A stretch of 64,000 bases of DNA from Chiloscyllium plagiosum (Eukaryota). The first letter of the stretch is position 1, and each line of letters opens with the position of its first letter. Of this stretch, positions 1-11,837 are shown one piece after another. The stretch lies in the NCBI RefSeq assembly GCF_004010195.1, contig NC_057720.1, positions 27,032,611-27,096,610 on the forward strand, in the 5' to 3' direction. The position numbers and the translations under genes were made by a program. The notes under the pieces are model-generated. The model saw nothing but the letters and a program-made list of their open reading frames with translations, did not search any database and had not been told where the DNA came from.

Positions 1-58
1 CCCTCCCACGCTGTGTGTGTGTGTCCCTCCCTCGCTGTGTGTGTGTGTGTCCCTCCCA
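1..58. repeat. Simple compound repeat (CCCTCCC/(TG)n units)
   Basis: Two units of ccctccc..cgc(tg)n, followed by ccctcccac. Confidence 0.8.
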
Positions 59-304
59 CCCCAGTCTGACCTATCACCCTCACCTTGACCTCTTTCCACC
101 TATCACATTTCCGACGCCCCTCCCCCAAGTCCCTCCTCCCTACCTTTTATCTTAGCCTGCTGGACAAACTTTCCTCATTCCTGAAGAAGGGCTTATGCCC
201 GAAACGTCGATTCTCCTGTTCCCTGGATGCTGCCTGACCTGCTGCGCTTTTCCAGCAACACATTTTCAGCTCTGATCTCCAGCATCTGCAGACCTCACTT
301 TCTT
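59..304 (+). mobile_element. Penelope-like element 3' tail (family A)
   Basis: Same tail sequence as the one attached to the GIY-YIG-coding copy at 7624-8659; contains a hammerhead core. Confidence 0.85.
177..212 (+). ncRNA. Minimal hammerhead ribozyme motif (family A)
   Basis: ATTC-CTGAAGA-A-GGGC(TTAT)GCCC-GAAA-CG-TC-GATT gives CUGANGA, stem II, GAAA and GUC; predicted cleavage after 208. Confidence 0.75.
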
Positions 305-879
305 CTCTTAGAAATACTTACAGTCTGTTAAGTTTTTTTAGCAGAGTTAATGTTATACAAACAAAAGAGGAATTGGTATTTTAACTGTAGGATAAGAATA
401 AAGCTTAAAGTCGAGTAGCGTAACCAATTACATCTGGAATACAGCACTTTACACTTGCCTTTAAATAAGTCTAAATTCGAGTCTATACTATCTCCTTTCT
501 TTAGTTGAAGGATGTTTGGTCTGGTCTATAACATTGACCAAGATTAACATCCAGTGTCAGTAAAGTGACCACACCTCCACTCCCCACTTACCTACCATTA
601 CCAACAATCCCAGAACTGACATTCTGTTACTAACCATTACAACATTCTTTTGACCAAAATGCAAAAATTATAGGCACCACAAAATAAATATTTCAAAATC
701 AGATTTGGTGTATTCACTTTACTAGTGCTTTGATGTAGTGCCAGCTCTTTGGCTGCAGCATGGTTGGTGGAAGGCTGCTGGTTTTCAGTGGGGGAGATTT
801 TGCAGGAAGACCTTGGAAAGCCCAACTGCTTACGACACCATCTTGGCAGCAGTCTGACTATGCATGGCAGCTTGCATTA

Positions 880-1400
880 TTTGTGTGACAGAAGTTGAGA
901 TTTCATGACCACAGCCTGAGATTACACTGCAGCATTCAGATGTCACATAGCTACAGCTTGTTCTTCAGTGGAAGATGAAACATTGGCCATCTGGCACTGC
1001 CTCATGGTTAGGCCAAATGTTTGAAGAGGGTTGACCACCACTTCCTTGCTGAAGAGGATGCCTTATGTCAAGTCCGTGTTGAACTCTTCCAGGTTTCCTG
1101 ACAAGTTTTTTGATAGGCCACCCAGCATTTCATTGAACATATCCAACAATCTGCTTCTTTGAGCTGAGTCATCGATGTCTTTATTGTCTTTGTGCTCTCA
1201 CCAACAAGCGATCTAGCAACTGTTGCACTTCTGCCATTGCTGCAGGTCACTCATGCTAAGTGACTCACCATGCACAGGTCCCTTCTCTGAGTTATAAACC
1301 AGAGGACACAAATGGTCCACATTGGAGCTGATGGCTGAGAGATTAAGTAATGGTGTTTCTTCTTCATTACTGACTTCCTGCTCTTCCATCTTCCTCTTGC
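880..1400 (-). mobile_element. Degenerate coding-like fossil, possibly Harbinger accessory (Myb/SANT) ORF C-terminal region
   Basis: Minus frame reads KDIDDSAQRSRLLDMFNEMLGGLSKNLSGNLEEFNTDLT*..MANVSSSTEEQAVAM*HLNAAV*; helical pattern with stops. Family assignment is from recalled resemblance only. Confidence 0.3.
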
Positions 1401-1574
1401 TCTACTGCCTAGTCAAGTTCACAGCACCAGTTCAAGCAGTACTTTCTAAACTATATCAATTTTCTGGATATTTATACTGCTGCAGAACACTGTCAATACA
1501 AGTGGTGATTTTCGGTGGCATCAATGTCGAAGCCAAGGTGCAGTCTATCTCCAGCCAATCAACTTCTTTTTTTT

Positions 1575-1856
1575 AATTATTCGTTACAAGCATCACTGGC
1601 TCGGGTAACATAACTGCCCAGGTTAACATAACCATCCAACCAGAGTCAGGTAAGGATAGCAGTTTTGTTCCTAAAATACGATATCAGTGAACCAGATGGG
1701 TTTTATTACTATTGTCATGGTTGCATTAGCTTTCCCTTTCCAAATTCATATTGAATTAAATTTTCATAATCTGCTATGGTGGAAGTTGAACTCAAGCTCC
1801 ATAGCATTGGCCTGGGGTTCGGTATTACTAATCTGGTGTGATCAACATTACACATC
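1575..1856 (-). mobile_element. tRNA-headed SINE-like element related to the 5' end of the LINE at 11838
   Basis: Reverse complement resembles 11840-12060 (catctggttcac, gagttcaa B-box-like). Confidence 0.6.
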
Positions 1857-2405
1857 ATTTCTCTTTTTCTCCCATCCTTGTTTTTGAGGATTTTATTGGT
1901 CCATGCTTATGGAACATACTATAGAAATTTGCCATTACTTCCAAAGGAAGACAGACCAGGAGACTTTCCCATTTTTATTGCCTGCCATCAGGAGTTTTGA
2001 AAGGATATACAGGTCGATAATCAACCTGCTTAGCTTGCATTACAAACACATCATTCATGGACCACAAGTTCTGGCCTCAGACCCAAATCCAGAAGCTCTC
2101 ATCTCAAGGTAGGAACACTATCACGGTGCTAAAACACCTCCAATATCATTTGTCACTGGACCATATTACACAGACCAAGTTTTCTCTTTTGAAATTTCCA
2201 GTGATCATCTGGTTTAACATTAGTCATTTTCACAATATGGTGCAAAGAGTTGGCTATCATTGGCAATTAATCTTGCCATAAATAAAGTGCACAATTTCAG
2301 TTTATGCTAAAATTTTGAACACTCCAATATGTTTCACAAAATCATCAAAGGTAGTAGTTTGAAAATAAGGTCACATATTGCTTCAGCTGGCAAGATTTTA
2401 TCATT

Positions 2406-2614
2406 GCTGGAAATGTGTTGCTGGAAAAGCGCAGCAGGTCAGGCAGCATCCAGGGAACAGGAGAATCGACGTTTCGGGCATAAGCCCTTCTTCAGGAATT
2501 ATGCCCGAAACGTCGATTCTCCTGTTCCCTGGATGCTGCCTGACCTGCTGCGCTTTTCCAGCAACACATTTCCAGCTCTGATCTCCAGCATCTGCAGACC
2601 TCACTTTCTCCTCA
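2406..2614. mobile_element. Fold-back Penelope-like tail insertion (family A) with 14-bp TSD
   Basis: 78-bp perfect inverted arms 2406-2483 and 2499-2576; TSD aagattttatcatt at 2392-2405 and 2615-2628. Confidence 0.9.
2464..2499 (-). ncRNA. Minimal hammerhead ribozyme motif (family A)
   Basis: Reverse complement ctgaagaagggcttatgcccgaaacgtc, core intact. Confidence 0.75.
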
Positions 2615-3516
2615 AAGATTTTATCATTATTTTGCATGATTCACGGTGGATTCAATTTTAACAAAAAGCCACAATTTGTGAAACAGAATACACAAAAGTG
2701 ATGGAAACAATATAAATGACTTTCAATGTGGTTTAATGAGTGTGAATTCAATTTCCATTGAAGAACAGTGAGCATTTTGATGGTAACTATTATTAATCAA
2801 ATTCAATTATCAGTGAATTATCAAACAGCTTACTTAAACTGATCACCATCTAAGCAATCAAATGGAAAGTTTGTTGAGATTATTCAGATTTGCTGCTGGA
2901 ACAACCACAACTGAGCTACTTGACCTGTGCAAAGGAATTCAGTTTACGGTGCTTTGACAATAGAAAGCTAAAAATGCACAAACACAAAAGCAACCATCTT
3001 TTAGAAAAATAGAGCTGTGCATTCCAGCTAATGCCCATTTAATGTTGACACAAAGCAAAATTGCCTGCAAAAGACGGTTGTCAAAAGACATGGGAAAATG
3101 TAGTCAACAAAGCCAGAAAAAGACTCAACAATTGGAAAGGACATATTAGAAAGTATGTATTATCAAGCAATTTGCGACTTGATCCAAAAAAAAACTTGCA
3201 CGGTACAAAAATAGCTGGTTAAAAAGCTCAACACTGAGAAGGTAACAAGAGAAATAAAGACTGAAAATTTGTACAAAATTTTCATTGAGTAAGCCAAGAC
3301 TTTAAACTGCCTTTTCAGATCCTACGAAGTGAAGTGTTCTGTTTCTTAACAAAATCAGGTCCATTGTATTTGTTCTGCTTGACGACCTGGTTTGTGTCAA
3401 ACAATCCGGAAATAGTACTGGGAAGGATCTTCAATAGGAACAGAATTCAAGATTTTGCAGGCTGGATTTTCTTCTCCAACAGCTGTCCAAAATTAAGTTG
3501 GGCATGACTAAAATCA

Positions 3517-3584
3517 GGTCAGGCAGCATCCAAGCACATTTTTCAGCTCTGATCTCCAGCATCTGCAGTCCTCACTTTCTCCTA
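3517..3584 (+). mobile_element. Very short Penelope-like tail (family A) with inverted 5' stub
   Basis: Antisense ggtcaggcagcatccaag followed by sense tail; TSD catgactaaaatca at 3503-3516 and 3585-3598. Confidence 0.8.
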
Positions 3585-4425
3585 CATGACTAAAATCAAT
3601 TTCAAACTTCCTCCTCCATTCTCAATCCACACCAACGTCTCCTAGTTGAGAAATATGTCAGACCACGACATGATCTGCTGAACTTGTGATGTTGAGATTG
3701 TCATTGTTAAGGCTGAGGAGACATTGGAAATTCATCCCTTACTCAATTCTCACTACAGTGGGAGGAATTTGGAAGCTAACAAGCCCTACCATTAAATCAG
3801 CTCATAAACTATTCCTTGCTTGCTAATTTCTCTCTATCTAGTTCTGGACTACAGCAGTGTGGGAAAGCAGCTCAGCACCATATCTCATAAGCAGCTGGAT
3901 TGGAACAATAAGTGCTGTCCCAGTCAGTAAAGTCCAAGTCACCTGAATGAATACTTCTTTTCAAAGTTCAAAGCCTTTTAATTTCTATTTCCACCTTTCT
4001 CTTGTATTTTAAGTTACTTCATCTGTAATTGTATCCTTGCCAAATCAATCTGTGTTGGACTTGCATCAGCCTTTTCTTCTTCCACTTCCAATTGCTGTGT
4101 TATCTTCACTTTTTTTAGCCACTAATTTTATCCCTAATGTCAACTCTCCTGCTAATTCCATGAACCAAACCTCAGTTAATTGTTGCAAATCATTCAAGGA
4201 TATATCTACCATTTCTGGAAAAGTCTTCACAGCTAATACAGCCATCTTGTTGCTCATTTCATAGAGTTAAATTCACCATGAACTCCTGTTAGATTAAATT
4301 GCAGGCAATATCTCAGTACACCCATCCCAATCTGTGAATTCCCAATCCTGGACAAGCCCCCAGTTGTTAAAATCTCAGTAAAAACCAAAATCATTTTAGA
4401 ATCTGAAAACTCAGGTTTTTTTTTA

Positions 4426-4730
4426 TTAGATTAGATTACTTTACAGTGTGGAAACAGGCCCTGCGGCCCAACAAGTCCACACCGACCCACAACCCACCCA
4501 TACCCCTACATTTACCCCTTACCTAACACTACGGACAATTTAGCATGGCCAATTCACCTGACCTGCACATCTTTGGACTGTGGGAGGAAACTGGAGCACC
4601 CGGAGGAAACCCATGCAGACACGGGGAGAATGTGCAAACTCCACACAGTCAGTCGCCTGAGGTGGGAATTGAACCCGGGTCTCTGGCGCTGTGAGGCAGC
4701 AGTGCTAACCACTGTGCCACCGTGCCGCCC
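4426..4730 (-). mobile_element. HE1-type SINE
   Basis: Reverse complement starts gggcggcacggtggcacagtggttagcactgctgcctcacagcgcc..gggttcaattcc (A/B boxes); CR1-like tail with (taatc)n. Confidence 0.9.
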
Positions 4731-6195
4731 ACCTAAAAGAATGAAGCCACATCGTTCATAATTTTAAAAGTCAAGCAAATGAACTATATTAATTACTCTA
4801 TTTTAAATAGTTTATAATGGCAAGGATAATAAACCACAATGAACACAGTTACATGTAGTCTAACTTGAATGTCTTAACTCTGAAGTCAGATATTTATTAA
4901 AACTTGAGAGATTAATTACTTGGCACCAATTCATATATGGGCTAAAGTTTCTTGTGCCTTCTGTTCAATTCTAACAAGGGGGCTTATTTAGTTATTTCAG
5001 GTCAGAATTCTCCTGCTTCAAATATTCTTCAATAATAGAGTATTCCATCAAAAACTCCTTTTGCCTCCTTTGCTTGACCATATCTGAAATTCAGCTATCA
5101 GTTAAATCCTTCGCATAACAAGAGTTTTACCTCTTTTGGCTATCACTCAGAACTCCAACCAAATTCTATTAACAAAGATATTTCCTTCACTCCAATTTGT
5201 TCTCAAGGTTCAAATTAAACTGCTTGAACCTACTCAGGTCTGTACTTAACTTGTTGACTTCTTTTTTGTATTGTTCATCTTGCAGGCAATGTGGTCACAT
5301 GATTTTGTTTTAAAATCAGAAATCAGTTGCGAGTTCTTAAAAGGACTATTATCCCAAAATTAGATAAAGGTTTTTTTTGTGTCAGTAGCTCATGGACTGC
5401 TACACTAGACAATACCACAAACATTATCTTGTTTTTTACGTTATTTAGCATCCACATCTCTGTCCTGATAAGCATCATCTCCCAGGTTGTACATGCCACC
5501 ATTATCCACTCTTACTGATATACTGTTTGATTGCCTGCCCCTCACGCTCACTACCAATGCAACACAGAGTTGCAAACTCTTCACTGGCACCTAGACAAAC
5601 ATAATACATGGAGATGGATCATCAGAAAGTATTATTTCTTACAAGAGTCAGCTTGTTATTTTATCTAGAGGGAAATTATGATAGCAATGTGAGCTTGATA
5701 AGAGCACATAATAGACTTGACCATAATGAGTAAAGTCTTCAGTTTGATTAAATGTGGAGCTTTCTCTTGTAAAGTGATAAACAGTCACCTTGATAGATGG
5801 AGACAGAAACCTCACCAACTCTAATGCTGGTAGCTTTGAGTGTCACATTAAACTCCAATGATTTTAGCTGTGCCTGGGTATGGATCCTCTAACAGCCTTA
5901 TCATAATTATGCACTCTCTTCTTCAAAAGAAGAAGAATTAAGAATGACTATGAATCCATATGGTGCATCTAGATGTACAGGAAGAGGGAAAAGGTGGTGA
6001 ATGTAGGAACTTGAAATGTGTGTGCTAGTGCCTAGAGTGTGAATTGAGAAAGTGATTTGAGGAGGTATAGGTTGAGTAGTTGTGAGCAGCTAAAAAGTGG
6101 CATATGGAAGCAGTGAAGGTGATATGAAGCAGCTTTAAGGATGAAAGATGATAGAGTATGTACTAGTGCTTCATGGTAAAGGAAGTGAAGTAGGG

Positions 6196-6545
6196 TAGAA
6201 TCATAGAACAGTGTGGAAAGAGGTCATTTGCCCATCGAGCTTGCAACTACCCTTGAAAGAGCATCCCTCACAAACCAAGATCCCCACCCTAACCCTGTCA
6301 CCCAACATGTAGCATGGCTATTCCACCTAGCCTGTGCAACAGTGAATATTATGGGCAATGTAGCATGGCCAATCACCTAACCTGTACATCTTTGGACTGT
6401 GGGAGGAAACCCATATCACCCAGAGGAAATCCACACAGACACAGGGAGAACGTGCAAACTTCACACAGTCACCCAAGGCTGGAATTGAACTCATGCCCCT
6501 GGCACAGTGAGGCAGCAGTGACAACCACAAAGCCATTGTGCCACC
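6196..6545 (-). mobile_element. HE1-type SINE (diverged)
   Basis: Shares tttggactgtgggaggaaacc core and tail with 4426-4730. Confidence 0.85.
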
Positions 6546-7623
6546 AGAGATTGTTGTGAATGCTGAAGGAGGAGAATAGCAACTCTCAGTTGGTACATTG
6601 CAAGAGGTTAGTAAAAGAAAACCTGAGAACCACTCTCCTTCTCTTTTAGCTTCCATGTAGCAATGTTCACTGATATATTCCTTTCAGTCAATGCAATCCC
6701 TTGTTAAGATCTGTATTCAGGTTTTAAGAGAGTCTCACATAAAATTGTGTCCTGTTAGGGGATGGGAGGTGGGGTGCGAGTTGTTGGGGTTGGTGTTAGT
6801 AGCCTGCACTAATGCAATAGGTCAACCCACCAACTATAAAACTTTATATATGGCTTATCAAATAACCTCCCCATTCCCATATCCAAGAGTGCACTATTCC
6901 ACCTTCTTGGTAAAAGTATGCCACAAGACAGTCTCAATATTTATGTGTGTTGATTGTTAACGATTTCTGTCCCTGTGTGCTATGGGTGCAGATTAAAGTA
7001 CTTTCCAAATTCATCAAGCTATTAGAATGTGTACTTGATATAGATTCACCATTTTCAACAACAACACTGAAGATTTATATACCTTTAACATTGAGAAACA
7101 ACCCATGGCAGAATTATGGCCAGATAGAAAAGAAGAAAGAGCAATTAGGAGGGGTGATTAAAAGCTTTGAGATAAACTCATCGGCAGGTGAAGCCTACAT
7201 TCAGGCATTTAACCTTCAATATATCTACTCCATGGCTGGCTGTCGAAATAAATCTCATTGTGCAGTGTGTTGGAGGCTAAAATTTGGATCAACACTTGAG
7301 AATTTTGTGCACCTTTATTGTATTTTTCAACAGTTCTGTTTAATATCAAATTGAGTTTATGTTTAATGTCAGGATATGCTGATTAAAACAGGATAGTTGA
7401 GAATTATGCAACACCCTTACTATGTGAAGATAAACAAGCACAGCCATATAGCAGCTCATATAACCCATTCCAACTTATTCAAAAGCAAAGGAGTAAAAAC
7501 ATTGCTGAATTACAAGTATTATTAGCTGCATTGTACAATACTCTAAAGGTCTTCCAGCAGTTCAACTGACATTTCCAACATAATTTCAAACGACGTGACC
7601 TGGTAGACTAGATTTTCTTTCTG

Positions 7624-8659
7624 GAGAAAGTGAGGACTGCACATGCTGGAGATCAGAGCTGAAAATGTGTTGCTGGAAAAGCGCAGCAGGTCAGGCAGCA
7701 TCCAAGGAACAGGAAATCGACGTTTCGGGCATAAGCCCTTCTTCAGGAATGAGGAAAGTGTGCCCAGCAGGCTAAGATAAAAGGTAGGGAGGAGGGACTT
7801 GGGGGAGGGGCGTTGGAAATGCGATAGGTGGANNNNNNNNNNNNNAGGAGGCCACATCGGGTGCAGCGGATGCTGCAGGGTGGTTGGGTTGGTTCGTCCG
7901 GGTGGCCCAGAGGTGCTCCCTGAATCGCTCCGCAAGTAGGCGGCCTGTCTCCCCAATATAGAGGAGGCCACACCGGCTGCAGCGGATGCAGTAGATGATG
8001 TGGGTGGAGGTGCAGGTGAATCTGTGGCGGATATGGGAGTTTCCTTTTGGGCCTTGGAGAGGAGTGAGGGGGGAGGTGTGGGCGCAAGTGTTGCACCTCC
8101 TGCGGTTGCAAGGGAAGGTGCCGGGAGTGGTGGTTGGGTCGGTGGGGGGTGTGGATCTGACAAGGGAGTCGCGGAGGGAGTGGTCTCTACGGAAAGCTGA
8201 TAGGGGAGGGGAGGGAAATATATCCTTGGTGCTGGGTCTGTTTGGAGGTGGCGGAAGTGACGGCGGATGATGCGCTGTACATGGGGGTTGGTGGGGTGGT
8301 AGGTGGGGGCCAGTGGGGTTCTGTCCTGGTGGCGGTTGGTGGGGCGGGGCTCAAGGGCGGAGGAGCGGGAAGTGGAGGAGATGCGGTGGAGGGCATCGTC
8401 GACTACGTCTGGCGGGAAATTGCGGTCCTTGAAGAAGGAGGCATCTGGGTTGTACGGTTTTGGAACTGGTCCTCCTGGGAGCAGATGCGGCGGAGACAAA
8501 GGTATTGGGAATATGGGATGGCGTTTTTACAGGGGGCAGGGTGGGAGGAGGTGTAGTCTAGGTAGCTGTGGGAGTCGGTCGGTTTATAGTAAATGTCCGT
8601 GTTGATTCGGTCGCCCGAGATAGAAATGGAAAGGTCTAGGAAGGGGAGGGAGGAGTCTG
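7624..8659 (-). mobile_element. 5'-truncated Penelope-like retroelement (Neptune-like): RT C-terminus, Cys linker, GIY-YIG endonuclease, tail
   Basis: Minus frames give LPFLDL..YYKPTDSHSYLDYTSSHP, FPCNRRRCNTC and IIYCIRCSRCGLLYIGETGRLLAERFREH with frameshifts; TSD agattttctttctg at 7610-7623 and 8660-8673; internal N gap. Confidence 0.92.
7715..7750 (-). ncRNA. Minimal hammerhead ribozyme motif (family A)
   Basis: Reverse complement attc-ctgaaga-a-gggcttatgccc-gaaacgtc-gatt in the 3' tail of the GIY-YIG element. Confidence 0.75.
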
Positions 8660-10284
8660 AGATTTTCTTTCTGCATGTTTTCTCTCTAAAAATAAATAAC
8701 CTCAGCTTTATCCTTTTCCTTTCATAGGAAAGGAATTTGTCATTATCTTTCTCAAGAAAATCTCACTCAGTTTAGTTTAATTGTTTCCAAAGTTCCATTT
8801 AGAATTTTTGTTTTGTAAATACAGTTTGGACCTTCTTAGCGCTTAGTCACTCCAACATGCTCAATTCAAAAGTAGTTTCTTTGACATTATGGCAATTGCG
8901 TGGAATTGTAATCATTTGGTGGGAATCCTCTGACATTAATGCACACAAATAAGGTGTGCACAAGCTACTAATTGTGATTGAGGTAAATTGTATCGCATTT
9001 CATGGAAATCTAGATAAGAATGTGTGACAAAAAAGAATCAAAGGATATCCCGATAGCGTGAGATGAATGTGGTAGGAAGCTCATGTGGTGCATAAACATT
9101 GACATAGTTTGATCAAATAAGTTCATTTGTGCGCTGTAGTTTCTATATAATTTATACAATAGGATTTCCACAGCCCCAGTCTTTTCAAACCCCCTTTTAC
9201 ATTTTAGCAATAGGAGCTGGAACTTGATCAGATGTATAAGTATTTAAGGAAGGGTTTCTAACATAATGCAGATCTGATTACTAGTAATTTCATTGTTTTC
9301 TATTAGGAAATGCCATATATTCTGCAGTCCTTTAGAATGTTCCATGCTTCCAGCTGCCAAAGCAGTACTCAACTAAGTTGTCAGCATAACAGAAAATAGT
9401 CACAATACAGAAACACTCATATAATGCAAATATTAATCATCACTGAATCCAATAAAAAAGCGCACAGCAAACTTTAATAAATCACCTGTAGTTAATAATA
9501 GTTGCAATTAGGCATATTTTGAGCTGATTTTAAAGCCTTCGCTTTGTAATAATGCTTTGTAACCACTCATGATGACATGTTCAGTCCACCTACTGCCTAC
9601 TTTCCAACTCAGTGTCACACATGAAGCAATATTTCTGAGCAAGTCTTACCAGCAGAACTCTTTGGTTTAAGGAGTAGGAAACCCAGCAAGTCACTAACAA
9701 GTGTGTATGGCAAACCATATCTGTCCAATGGTAGGCTTTCACCTACCCCAGTGACAGTGGCCTGCTGAACAGGTTCAGGACAAACAGGGGTCCCTACACA
9801 GCCAACCTCAGCTGCTGGGACCTCAGTACAAACTCATTCTGCACTTTTGGAAAAACACAAACAATGATAAACATTTCCAAGGAACGTTCCCCTCCACAGA
9901 ATAAATGGCAGACTACTTTAAATTGAACACATGTGGAGGCTATCCTTTGACTTCAGGAATTTGTATTTCTTGAATAAATAAATTTGTAATTGAAACATTT
10001 GAACTCTTCCTGACTAATGGAAACCAAACGGCAGGACAGAAAATGTAGGGTCTTATGCATTTTCTCCCAAATCCAATCACGTTCAGTTTTAAAATTCAGG
10101 AAGCAAGGTTACCCACTCCAAGAGACAAAGTCCTGTTTAGTATTCAGATTGGGAGTTGATAGGGTCTTTGGGACCGACCTGTCATTTTAACCTGAGGCCA
10201 AGAGATTTTGCTGAATCGTGGATTCCCTGCCAGGCCAACACTATCTGGAACAAGAGTCAGCACCAGAACAGTTATGGTAAGGTA

Positions 10285-10508
10285 CAAACTTAAAAATCAC
10301 ACAGCACCAGGTTATAGTCCAACAGGTTTATTTGGAAGTACTAGCTTTCAGATCACGGCTCCTTCATCAGGTGGCTGATGATCCACAATCACCTGATAAA
10401 GGAGCAGCGCTCCAAAAGCTAGTGCTTCCAAATAAACCTGTTGGACTATAACCTGGTGAAGTGTGATTTTTAATTTTGTTTCATCCCAGTCCAACACTGC
10501 CACCTCCA
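10285..10508. mobile_element. Fold-back Penelope-like tail insertion (family B)
   Basis: Inverted arms of about 90 bp (aaaaatcacac..catcaggtg / cacctgat..gtgtgattttt); two decayed hammerhead cores; TSD agttatg(g/a)taaggta at 10270-10284 and 10509-10523. Confidence 0.8.
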
Positions 10509-10642
10509 AGTTATGATAAGGTAGGTATCTTTCTTCTTTAGCTTCTTTGTGGAACAGGAAGAAAAAGTACTCCTCGCAGCCTCACAAGAGAACCATCAGC
10601 CTTCCATGCACTTTCCCACATTTTATTGGGATGTTTCACCTA

Positions 10643-11092
10643 TCATAGAGACTTTATAGCACAGAACGAGGCCCTTTGGCCCATCTTGTCCATGACAATC
10701 ATTAAATATCCATCTATTCCAATCCCATTGTCCAACATTTGGCCCATAGCTTTGTGTGCAGTGGCATCCCAAGTGTACATTTGAATAGTTTTTAAAAGTC
10801 TTGTCAGTTCCCACCTCTTCCATTCTTTCCTGAGGCAACGAGTTTCAGATGCCAACACCCCTCTGGGTAAAAAACATTTTTCTCAAATCTTCTCTAAACC
10901 TCCTGCTCCTTACCTTAAAACTTTGCCCCTCTACTAAGGAGAAACAATTTTCAGAATCTATCCTGTATGTGCCCCTCAGAATTTCATACACCTCCATCTG
11001 ATCTCTCCTCAGCCTCCTCTGTACTAAGGAACAGAACCCCATCTTAGGTAATCTCTCTCGGACATTGCATTGATCTCACACCAGGCAACATG
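10643..11092 (-). mobile_element. CR1/HER1 LINE 3' fragment
   Basis: ORF 10845-11042: SLVQRRLRRDQMEVYEILRG..FFTQRGVGIW, typical CR1 ORF2 C-terminus. Confidence 0.85.
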
Positions 11093-11459
11093 TCTGCACT
11101 TTCTCCAATGTATCTGACTGTCTATCCAGTTACCTTAGTAAACAGGGACTATCCCATTCTGGTCCCCAGTGACTGAGTCTGACCAACATGCCTTTAACAG
11201 CTGAGCAGCTCCAATCAACATCGTCCCTGCAGTTCCAGCTGGGAAGTAGCAAGTGACATGAAAATGACTGTTAATATCAGACAAGCCTGCCCATTGTCTC
11301 TCCTGTCTGGACACACTGCTGTTTTTGTTGTATCCTTGCCTGGGAGTAAAAGTTGACCTTTGAAGTTACCAGGGTCTACGATAGAAAGTGATCAGATGTA
11401 CATGCTAATTGCTGAGCATGGCTCTGATGTAATCGGAGAGGAAGTTGCAATTTTCATAA

Positions 11460-11635
11460 GGGAATGCAGCATTGTCAAAGGTGCAATCTTTTAGCTGGTA
11501 CATTAAACTACAGTGCCATCTCCCTGCCTACTCTGAGGAGAAGGAGGGCAGCTCTCCATGTTGTCCTGAAAAATATTTATCCCTCGATCAACATCACAAA
11601 CACAGATTATCTGGTCATTATCAAATTATTATGTT
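11460..11635 (+). mobile_element. Deu-domain SINE fragment
   Basis: gtcctgaaaaatatttatccctcgatcaacatcacaaacacagattatctggtcattatc matches the Deu core. Confidence 0.65.
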
Positions 11636-11837
11636 ATGACCGAGACGGAAGAGTGCATCATCATCCCAGTCCCAATACTCCATGGATCACAACATAAAGC
11701 AAAAATACTTTTCCCAGTGATCAAAACTATCAATTAAATGTCTTACCTAATGTCATGATCTATGAGATGGGTTTCTTAAAAATACAATTATTTCTTTCTA
11801 ATCAAAACAAAGCTTATTGAATGAATGTTCAATATGA

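Noticed and set aside
2329..2661. Same peptide encoded on both strands
   Set aside because: Trivial consequence of the inverted repeat
2640..3480. Possible decayed DNA transposase
   Set aside because: A-rich, coding-like texture, but I could not recover any catalytic motif or paired TIRs
4660..4730. tRNA gene
   Set aside because: tRNA-derived head of an HE1 SINE, continuous with SINE body and tail; the same holds for the other copies
6691..7354. Adjacent 89-aa and 135-aa ORFs
   Set aside because: No recognisable domain or splice structure; consistent with chance ORFs
7543..8499. 318-aa proline-rich host gene
   Set aside because: Frameshifted mosaic of Penelope ORF and tail that crosses an N gap
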